From positions 2,820,001 through 2,852,000 of the forward strand of contig NC_009925.1 of NCBI RefSeq assembly GCF_000018105.1: a stretch of 32,000 bases of DNA. The letters run 5' to 3'. Positions 8,893 to 16,033 of this stretch are shown here, piece after piece. The translations under genes were made by a program, and so were the position numbers. This DNA is from Acaryochloris marina MBIC11017. GTDB lineage: Bacteria; Cyanobacteriota; Cyanobacteriia; Thermosynechococcales; Thermosynechococcaceae. Numbering within the stretch: position 1 is the first letter of the stretch; every line of letters begins with the position of its first letter. The notes beneath the pieces are model-generated. The model did not search any database, was not told the DNA's origin, and saw nothing but the letters and a program-made list of their open reading frames with translations.

Positions 8893-9273
8893 ATGACAAC
8901 AGTAATGGTAGTTGATGACAGCCCCACCATGCGTGCCATGCTAACGGATATGTTACAGCGCAATGGTTTAGAGGTCATTGAAGCTGAAGATGGTCTAGCA
9001 GCTAAAACGATGCTGCAAGACAGTAGCTATCCAGACTTGGTAATCACAGATATCGTGATGCCTCGCATGAACGGCTATGAATTGTGCCGCTGGGTCAAAA
9101 ATGACCTGACAGACCGAAACTTACCCGTCATTATGTGCTCTACCAAAGGTGAAGCATTTGATCGACATTGGGGGATGAAGCAAGGGGGAGATGCTTACAT
9201 CACCAAACCCTTTAACCCCTCAGAAATGCTCGATTTGATTCGTAAGCTGCTCAAAACCCGGGCCGAGTCCTAG
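8893..9273 (+). CDS. Stand-alone CheY-like response regulator receiver protein
   Basis: Receiver hallmarks are VVDDS (acidic pair), VITDIVMP (phospho-acceptor Asp), CSTKG (Thr/Ser) and YITKPF (Lys). There is no output domain. The ORF is open from GTG 8860 / ATG 8869. I prefer ATG 8893 (MTTVMVVDD) as the start. Confidence 0.85.
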   Translation: MTTVMVVDDSPTMRAMLTDMLQRNGLEVIEAEDGLAAKTMLQDSSYPDLVITDIVMPRMNGYELCRWVKNDLTDRNLPVIMCSTKGEAFDRHWGMKQGGDAYITKPFNPSEMLDLIRKLLKTRAES

Positions 9274-9290
9274 GGGTTGGATTAGCCACT

Positions 9291-9779
9291 ATGGGCATTG
9301 AGATCGAGCGTAAGTTTCTCGTTACAGGAGAAGCATGGCGATCCATGGGACAGAGTATCCCTCTTGTTCAAGGATATTTAGCCGGAAGTGATCAGGCCAC
9401 CGTCAGGGTTCGTATTGCTGGAGACACCGGTTTTCTCACCGTTAAAGGAAGAGTCAAAAACCTAACGAGACAAGAGTTTGAATATGAGATCCCAGTGGCT
9501 GATGCTGAAGCCATGATGGATCTCTGCCAGCCAAGAGTTGTTGAAAAAACCCGCTACAAGATTCCGATAGAAAACCTCATTTGGGAGGTTGATGAGTTTG
9601 CTGGCACTAATCAAGGGTTAGTCTTGGCTGAAGTAGAGCTAACCTCTCCTGAACAGTTTGTGAGCTTACCCAGTTGGATCGGCCTAGAAGTATCGGATGA
9701 TCCGCGATATTTCAATTCATACCTAGCTGCCCATCCCTATTCAACTTGGCCTAACGGGTCAAGCCCTCATCCAGAATAA
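9291..9779 (+). CDS. CYTH-domain protein (triphosphate tunnel metalloenzyme family)
   Basis: 162 aa beginning MGIEIERKFLV, the diagnostic N-terminal ExExK motif of CYTH/CyaB-ThTPase proteins. Size and alternating beta-strand pattern fit the family. It starts 17 nt after the receiver gene. Confidence 0.9.
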   Translation: MGIEIERKFLVTGEAWRSMGQSIPLVQGYLAGSDQATVRVRIAGDTGFLTVKGRVKNLTRQEFEYEIPVADAEAMMDLCQPRVVEKTRYKIPIENLIWEVDEFAGTNQGLVLAEVELTSPEQFVSLPSWIGLEVSDDPRYFNSYLAAHPYSTWPNGSSPHPE

Positions 9780-9802
9780 GGCAACTGGCATTATTTATGA
9801 TA

Positions 9803-9833
9803 TCAGCCCTCATGTCTAAGGCATGAGGGCTGA
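9803..9833. terminator. Hairpin between convergent genes (candidate bidirectional terminator)
   Basis: Perfect 12-bp stem TCAGCCCTCATG / CATGAGGGCTGA with a 7-nt loop. It lies between the CYTH stop (9779) and the prohibitin stop (9853). Flanks are T/A-rich but there is no clean U-tract. Confidence 0.6.
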
Positions 9834-9852
9834 TTGCTGTTCAGGCCGGGTT

Positions 9853-10686
9853 TTATCCCTTACTATCCCCATTGAGGTTCAAGAGAAATGGCATCTGCCC
9901 GCCATCTTTGCCACTGCCACTAATCAAAACACGAGGCATTTGAGATCCGCCCTGTCTCCAGGCTTCAATCGCTTCTTTTTCTAGCACCAACTTGCCCCCT
10001 TGATCTTTCAAGGTTTCAGCTAATAGTCGTTGGGCTTCGGCCTTACCCTTAGCACGGTTCACTTCAGCCAGGGCTTCTTGCTCAGCCTCCCGGGCCACAT
10101 AAACCGCTCGCTGTGCGCGTTGCTCAGCAATTTGTTTCTCTTCAACGGCCTGAGCAAATTCTGGGGAAAAGTCTAGATCCACAACGCTAGTATCCAGCAC
10201 GATAATGCCGTATTTTTCCAGTCGCTTACTCAAAGCGTCATCAAAATCAGATTTCAGAACTTCCCGTTGGGTAATCGCTTCTTCGACGGTGCGGCGAGAG
10301 GCAGCAATCTTAAAAGACTCCTGAGTCTGGGGCGCAATAATTTTGGAAACAATATTTTGAAGAGACCCTTGCTTCCGTCTGACTTCTACCACTTCCGTTG
10401 CATCGAGTCGGAAGTTAATGGCAAACCGGGCGGTAAGGTCTTGAAGATCTTTAGTCGAACTCTGGGCGGGAACTTCAAATTTTTGAACCGTTAAATCATA
10501 AACATCGACTCTGGAAATAAAGGGAGCTTTGACATGGATCCCTTCCAAGAGCGCTCCATCCCGTGCTTTTCCCAAAATACTGAGCACGCCAGCTTGACCG
10601 GGATTGATAATCACAACAGAACTGAGGCCCAACAGAACCAACAACGCAATGATAATTCCGAGATTTGCTGGATTCCAATCCTTCAT
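9853..10686 (-). CDS. SPFH/Band 7 (prohibitin-family) membrane protein
   Basis: 277 aa. It has an N-terminal TM anchor, an SPFH core (INPGQAGV..., KAPFISRV.VYD, TKDLQ, RFAINFRLD) and a C-terminal Ala/Glu-rich coiled coil (AEQRAQRA...EAEQEA). Confidence 0.9.
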   Translation of the reverse strand: MKDWNPANLGIIIALLVLLGLSSVVIINPGQAGVLSILGKARDGALLEGIHVKAPFISRVDVYDLTVQKFEVPAQSSTKDLQDLTARFAINFRLDATEVVEVRRKQGSLQNIVSKIIAPQTQESFKIAASRRTVEEAITQREVLKSDFDDALSKRLEKYGIIVLDTSVVDLDFSPEFAQAVEEKQIAEQRAQRAVYVAREAEQEALAEVNRAKGKAEAQRLLAETLKDQGGKLVLEKEAIEAWRQGGSQMPRVLISGSGKDGGQMPFLLNLNGDSKG

Positions 10687-10716
10687 GCTTAAGCCTTTTT
10701 GGTAATCTTGCCTTTC

Positions 10717-12129
10717 TCAGGGTAGCTGATTTATCTCTTCCGAGGGCGCGGATTTAACGTCAATCTTTCTGGAGAGCTGCTGGGGTAGGGTCACTGTGAA
10801 GAGAGTCCCCTGCTGCAATCTACTGCTAACACTCATTTGGCCTTGGTGATTGTGGCAAATCGCTTGTGCGATCGCAAGCCCCAATCCCGTCCCCATCACT
10901 TTGCCAGAAGAAACAGGTTGCTGAGTCGCCGGTATTAACGACCGCTGTCGAGCCGGATCCGCTCGGTAAAACCGATCAAACACATGGGGAATTGCCTCCG
11001 CCGGGATGCCTAGCCCCTCATCTTCAACCATCGCTTTTAGGTAAGGTATGCCTTGTCGAAGAGACTGTTTGAGCGTCACCCTAACTCTGCCCTCTGCAGG
11101 GGTGTATTGAATGCCATTACTCACCAAATTGGTAAACAACCGGACCAGCTGATCGTAATCTCCAATCACCGAAAAGGGCTCTTCACTAGGGACCGTTTCT
11201 GCCCCTGTCTCTTCTAAATGCAAATGTAGATGAACCCCCTTACTCGTTGCTAAGGCTCTTTGGTCTTCCACCACTTCCATCAACACAGCATCCAACGGAC
11301 AAGGTTGATAGTCAATCTCGAGCATGCCACTGTCTTGGCGGGCTAAAAACAATAAGTCATCCACCAAGCGTCCCAGACGCTGAGTCAGCCGCTCAATCAC
11401 TTCCAGCTGCTGCCGTTGCTCAGGCATCTCCAGTTCGGGATCCGCTAACGCTACTTGCACATTTGTTTGGATCAGTGCGATCGGATTTCGCAACTCATGG
11501 GAGGCATCCGCCGTAAACTGCTTCAGATGCTGGTAAGAGTCTTGAATGGGTTCAATCGCTAACCCTGAGAGGAACCAACCTGTCATCGCCACTAACCCGA
11601 CTAACAAACTCGTCCCTAAGCTCAGGTCAATAAACAATTGACGAGCAGGTTTTGTCACCTCAAACCAGGGATGGCTCACCCGCAGATAGCCCAGCACATT
11701 ACCATTCAACATGACCCGCTGAGTGAGCTGCCGCAACAAGTAATCGTCTGCGATTTCAACCGTTTCGCCACGGTAGCCCAAACGAATGGGAACCTCTAAT
11801 ACTTCAGATAGAGTTGACCATAGCAAATCACCCTCCGCACTAAACCATTCCAAGTCAATTCGGTCATCATCCACCGCATCCGGTGGATCACCAAAGCTCG
11901 CTTCTAAATTGACAATAAACGGAGAGTCTAGAGGGGAAAGATCAGCATTACTCGCTTCGACGACTAGCGAACGCTGTACCACCTCCACCACATGGCTCAA
12001 CGTATCATCGACCCGCTCAATCAAAGTTCCCCGTACATACAGATAAAAGCCGCTAGCAAAAACCAGCAGCAAAATCGCAGTGACCCCTGTATACCAGAGT
12101 GCTAATCGCCGTCGAGTTGTTTGGAACAT
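10717..12129 (-). CDS. Membrane sensor histidine kinase
   Basis: 470 aa. It has two TM segments flanking a periplasmic region of about 130 aa, the H-box FTADASHELRNP, an N-box region (LVSNGIQYTP), and D/G boxes EDEGLGIP and GTGLGLAIA. Confidence 0.9.
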   Translation of the reverse strand: MFQTTRRRLALWYTGVTAILLLVFASGFYLYVRGTLIERVDDTLSHVVEVVQRSLVVEASNADLSPLDSPFIVNLEASFGDPPDAVDDDRIDLEWFSAEGDLLWSTLSEVLEVPIRLGYRGETVEIADDYLLRQLTQRVMLNGNVLGYLRVSHPWFEVTKPARQLFIDLSLGTSLLVGLVAMTGWFLSGLAIEPIQDSYQHLKQFTADASHELRNPIALIQTNVQVALADPELEMPEQRQQLEVIERLTQRLGRLVDDLLFLARQDSGMLEIDYQPCPLDAVLMEVVEDQRALATSKGVHLHLHLEETGAETVPSEEPFSVIGDYDQLVRLFTNLVSNGIQYTPAEGRVRVTLKQSLRQGIPYLKAMVEDEGLGIPAEAIPHVFDRFYRADPARQRSLIPATQQPVSSGKVMGTGLGLAIAQAICHNHQGQMSVSSRLQQGTLFTVTLPQQLSRKIDVKSAPSEEINQLP

Positions 12130-12139
12130 GCCGTCAAGA

Positions 12140-12709
12140 CTATTCTGATGCCGTTTCTAAAGCCAGCCTTTCCTTATCTCGCTTCCGCTTCTTGGCATAA
12201 AGCTGAATTGTCACCACCATCGCAATCACCATGGCAAAAATCACCCATACTGTTGTATCCGTTGGCAGACTATTTTTGAAGACCGCCAACAGCACAATGG
12301 CGACTAGCATCAATGTTGGCGCTTCATTTAACGCCCTCAATTGCTGCCCCGACCAACCACAAGTTCCTTCTTCTAGTTTTTTCATCAACCGACGACAGTA
12401 GAAGTGGTACACCAGCAGCAAGGCGACAAACGCTAATTTAACCTGCAGCCATCCTTGCTTCAACAAATCTGGTTGGGTTACAAGCATACCAATCGCCATC
12501 GTCACCGTCACCATCATGCCAGGACTAGTAATGATGCTATAAAGACGCTTTTCCATCAGCGTATACTGCTGCTTGAGAATAGCAGGTGCGGGCTCCGGTT
12601 CCTCGTTGGCTTCTACGTGATAGATAAATAAGCGGACTAAATAAAAAAGTCCTGCGAACCAAACAACAACGCCAATAATGTGAAATGCTTTGAACCAAAA
12701 GTAAGCCAT
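12140..12709 (-). CDS. hemJ: Protoporphyrinogen IX oxidase HemJ
   Basis: 189 aa. The N-terminus MAYFWFKAFHIIGVVVWFAGLFYLVRLFIYH is the conserved HemJ (UPF0093, slr1790-type) signature. It has 4-5 TM helices and a basic C-terminal tail. Confidence 0.9.
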   Translation of the reverse strand: MAYFWFKAFHIIGVVVWFAGLFYLVRLFIYHVEANEEPEPAPAILKQQYTLMEKRLYSIITSPGMMVTVTMAIGMLVTQPDLLKQGWLQVKLAFVALLLVYHFYCRRLMKKLEEGTCGWSGQQLRALNEAPTLMLVAIVLLAVFKNSLPTDTTVWVIFAMVIAMVVTIQLYAKKRKRDKERLALETASE

Positions 12710-12892
12710 AAACCTGCCAACACTTCAAAGAACCTAAAATCCATCCTAAACTAACCCTTGCCATAGCAAGAGCGCGACGAGGCGTTGCGTTATCTTCCTT
12801 AAAGATTGGGGGTCAAACGCAGATTCTCATAGAGTTGAGACAGTCATCAAGAACTAACTGTTCACAGCAACGTCGATCTACCCTGAATAGCA

Positions 12893-12971
12893 AAATCTTC
12901 AGTGCAATCTCTCGTGATTAACTTCTACTATTTGAAGTGATGGTCTGATAGAGAAATTGCACTGAAGATTT
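12893..12971 (-). repeat. 16-bp perfect inverted repeat with 47-nt spacer, overlapping the msrA stop codon
   Basis: AAATCTTCAGTGCAAT (12893-12908) and ATTGCACTGAAGATTT (12956-12971) are exact reverse complements. The element lies between msrA and the hemJ operon on the transcribed (-) strand. Confidence 0.6.
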
Positions 12972-13626
12972 ATGCTTCTACTAACGGAGGGCATGTCACG
13001 CTAGTCCCTCCTAATCCACAATAGCCACCCGGGTTTTTTGCCAAGTATTGCTGGTGATAATCTTCCGCATAGTAGAATTCAGGAGCATCCAACACTTCAG
13101 TCGTAATTTCGCTGAGGCCAGCTTTTTGTAAGGCATCCTGATAAATCTTCTTGGAAGACAACGCTAGCGCTTTTTGCTGATCAGAGTAGGTGTAAACCCC
13201 AGAGCGATATTGCGTGCCCACATCATTCCCTTGCTGCATCCCTTGGGTTGGATTATGGCTTTCCCAAAAAACTTGCAGCAAGCTTTCATAGCTAATTTTT
13301 GAGGGGTCAAAAATGACCATCACCACTTCGTTATGCCCGGTCATACCTGAACAGACTTCTTGATACGTTGGGTTAGGCGTTATACCACTGGCATAGCCCA
13401 CAGCAGTCACATACACCCCTTCTTGTTGCCAAAAGCGTCGCTCAGCTCCCCAAAAACACCCCAAACCGAACATGGCTTGTTCCATTCCTTCAGGAAATGG
13501 AGGTTTGAGAGCATGACCGTTGACAAAGTGCTTTTCAGGAACAGGCATTGGCGTTGTTCGACCTGCTAATGCCTCCTCCGCAGTAGGTAACGTGAGCTTT
13601 TTCCCAAATAATCCAAAAAGAGCCAT
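12970..13626 (-). CDS. msrA: Peptide-methionine (S)-S-oxide reductase
   Basis: 218 aa with the active-site motif GLGCFWGAE, plus GYASG, HNEVV, DPTQ-like and GTQYRS motifs typical of MsrA. Confidence 0.95.
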   Translation of the reverse strand: MALFGLFGKKLTLPTAEEALAGRTTPMPVPEKHFVNGHALKPPFPEGMEQAMFGLGCFWGAERRFWQQEGVYVTAVGYASGITPNPTYQEVCSGMTGHNEVVMVIFDPSKISYESLLQVFWESHNPTQGMQQGNDVGTQYRSGVYTYSDQQKALALSSKKIYQDALQKAGLSEITTEVLDAPEFYYAEDYHQQYLAKNPGGYCGLGGTSVTCPPLVEA

Positions 13627-13771
13627 AGTACCAAAAATTAATTGATGAAGAACAGAGAGATACTATCTTCAGGGTAACGAATTCATGGATGGGCACGTTT
13701 CCCTTGACATGTCATAGATCAACATCTCCAGTAGCCACAAGCGTGAAAGATTAGAAGGCGAATCTATCGCT

Positions 13772-13782
13772 ATTGCATCGTT
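13772..13782. repeat. Left copy of the 11-bp target-site duplication of the IS4-family element
   Basis: ATTGCATCGTT lies immediately outside the left inverted repeat. An identical 11-mer lies at 15266-15276, immediately outside the right inverted repeat. Confidence 0.85.
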
Positions 13783-15265
13783 CAATGGCACTGACTTAAG
13801 AAGTCAGGAAAAGGCTACAAGTCTTGATAGATATAGGATCAAGACTTGCACGCCATAAACTTCTGCCTTTCACTATGTCTGAGTCAGCCGAAATTCTCAA
13901 GCAGCAATTTTCCCAAAGCCTGGGTTTACCGTGGACAGATATCCTTCCAGCCTCAAGGTTAGAGGAACTCCTGAAAGAAGAAGCATTCTCCTATCGCAAC
14001 CGGATATATAGCCCCATCGTTACGCTGTGGGCCATGCTTTACCAAGTGCTATCAGCCGATAAAAGCCTTCGTAACACAGTCAAATGCATCACGACTTGGC
14101 TCACAGCGGCTGGCATCCAACCGCCCTCATCTGATACCGGAGCCTACAGCAAAGCCAGAAGTCGCTTTCCAGAGTCACTGTTGCAACGTTTAATTCCCGA
14201 AAGCGCTGAGTGCTTAGCGCAACCCCTCTCCCCAGAGCACCTCTGGTGTGGTCGGCCCGTCAAGGTCTACGACGGAACCACCGTGTTGATGGCTGATAGT
14301 GCGGCCAACCAAGCATCATATCCACAACATGGCAATCAAACAGCAGGCTGTGGTTTTCCCATCGCTCGCTTGGTAGTGTTCTTCTGTTTGGTTACCGGTG
14401 CAGTGGCGTCAGCTTGTATTGCCTCCTGGGACACCAGTGAAATTGTCATGAGTCGTTTGCTCTATCAAGACCTTGAGGTCGGTGATGTGGTCATGGCGGA
14501 CCAAGCTTATGGCAGCTATGTTGATCTAGCCATCATTCAACAACACAGGGCTGATGGAGTGTTGCGTAAACATCATGCTCGCAAGACTGATTTCCGCAAA
14601 GGCAACAAGCATGGCATTGGTGATCATCAGGTGACATGGCATAAGCCAGCCCAACGGCCTGAGCACATGAGTGAGCAAGATTTTGCCCTGATTCCTCAAA
14701 CATTGGTCGTTAGAGAGGTGTGTTTGCGCTTATCCCTTAAGGGCTTTCGCGACCAGCACATTATTGTGGTGACGACGCTGCTGGATGCTCAACGCTACAG
14801 CGCTGGGCAACTGACTCGCTTGTATGGCTGGCGTTGGCCAGTGGCGGAAGTCAATCTGCGCCATCTCAAAACCACCTTAAAAATGGAGATGCTCAGTGCC
14901 AAAACTCCGGATATGGTGCGCAAGGACATTTGGGTACATTTGTTGGGCTATAACCTACTCAGAAGTCTCATGGAACTTGCGGCACCGCTAGCAGATAATG
15001 CTAGAACTCAACTGTCTGTGCAAGGAGCACGACAACACTTCAATCAGATGCTTGCTTTGTTGGCGACAGCCAACCGTGCGACCAGAAAGCGGTTGTTTAC
15101 TCATCTACTTGAGACCATGGCAGCCGATCTATTACCCTCTCGACCGAATCGGCACGAACCGAGAGTCGTCAAACGCAGACCCAAATCTTTCCCGCGAATG
15201 CGACAACCTCGCTCTGCTCTCAAAGCTAAGCTAGCTGTTTGATTGAGCTTAAGTCAGTGCCATTG
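13783..15265 (+). mobile_element. IS4-family insertion sequence, apparently intact (1483 bp)
   Basis: Perfect 18-bp terminal inverted repeats: CAATGGCACTGACTTAAG (13783-13800) and its exact reverse complement CTTAAGTCAGTGCCATTG (15248-15265). It has a single DDE transposase ORF and is flanked by the 11-bp direct repeat ATTGCATCGTT. Confidence 0.9.
13875..15242 (+). CDS. IS4-family DDE transposase
   Basis: Candidate DDE residues lie in VYDGTTVLM, VVMADQAYGSY and the Y-x-x-R-W-x-x-E...LK block (LYGWRWPVAEVNLRHLKTTLKM). The ORF is open from TTG 13824. ATG 13875 (MSESAEIL...) is the more plausible start. Confidence 0.9.
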   Translation: MSESAEILKQQFSQSLGLPWTDILPASRLEELLKEEAFSYRNRIYSPIVTLWAMLYQVLSADKSLRNTVKCITTWLTAAGIQPPSSDTGAYSKARSRFPESLLQRLIPESAECLAQPLSPEHLWCGRPVKVYDGTTVLMADSAANQASYPQHGNQTAGCGFPIARLVVFFCLVTGAVASACIASWDTSEIVMSRLLYQDLEVGDVVMADQAYGSYVDLAIIQQHRADGVLRKHHARKTDFRKGNKHGIGDHQVTWHKPAQRPEHMSEQDFALIPQTLVVREVCLRLSLKGFRDQHIIVVTTLLDAQRYSAGQLTRLYGWRWPVAEVNLRHLKTTLKMEMLSAKTPDMVRKDIWVHLLGYNLLRSLMELAAPLADNARTQLSVQGARQHFNQMLALLATANRATRKRLFTHLLETMAADLLPSRPNRHEPRVVKRRPKSFPRMRQPRSALKAKLAV

Positions 15266-15276
15266 ATTGCATCGTT
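15266..15276. repeat. Right copy of the 11-bp target-site duplication of the IS4-family element
   Basis: ATTGCATCGTT, identical to 13772-13782. The following CAAT matches the first 4 nt of the inverted repeat, so the duplication boundary is ambiguous by up to 4 nt. Confidence 0.85.
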
Positions 15277-15907
15277 CAATCTCTCAACGCTGAATCTACA
15301 ACGCTATTTTACAGACAATTATGTAGATAAAAACACTGAGGATAACTTTAGAAGTTAGTTTGAGCAGCAAAACAGATATGAAAATTTTTTCGGATTCCAT
15401 AGATACAATACTTTATTTGATCGGAAAACACTGAGGGAATCCATCGTTATTTTATTTTCAGATTATAAATATCAGAGTATTTACTGAGGTAGCCATATTT
15501 CTGAAGTAGCTACGCTAGTTATAGAATTCCCCACAAAATAAATATTCCGTATTTTCTCGCAATAAAAAATCTAAACACTCAATGATAAATCAATAAATCA
15601 GATATCAATCGATAGACTAAGCTAACCGTCAAAGCTTTTCCATAGCCAGAACTCACTTTTATCACTATTTTATTTTTTAATCAGGCTAAAAACAAAAGCA
15701 AAAGAAATTAAATCAGAACAAATAAAGCTTCATTATCTCTCTTCTAATCAAGTTATACATTAGATGAAGTTTAATGACGTTAATTCATACACGGCAATGC
15801 CAGTATTGATATATGGCCTTCTATATCAATAGAAATTCGTATGTCCAGATCACTCATTTTTATGAAAGTCTCATCATCAAACACACAACATCTGGGAAAG
15901 ATTTACT

Positions 15908-15953
15908 GATTCATTTATAAATAAATGAATCCATTAACACGACATTTATAAAT
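15908..15953. promoter_or_regulatory. Candidate operator: duplicated palindromic 10-mer ATTTATAAAT, about 80-125 bp upstream of the metzincin gene
   Basis: ATTTATAAAT occurs at 15913-15922 and 15944-15953, 31 bp start-to-start. The first copy sits inside a larger palindrome, GATTCATTTAT-AA-ATAAATGAATC (15908-15931). The context is very AT-rich, so chance symmetry is possible. Confidence 0.25.
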
Positions 15954-16033
15954 TCAAAAATCCAATTATTGCAAGCAGTAAATCTATAAGATATCTTTGC
16001 TAGCTTTTAATATCTCATATAACATCCAGCGTA

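Noticed and set aside
10267-12764. Short ORFs overlapping the prohibitin, histidine kinase and hemJ genes (10267-10494, 10496-10678, 10866-11072, 11247-11516, 11786-12046, 12537-12764)
   Set aside because: All are nested in or antisense to genes with strong motif support.
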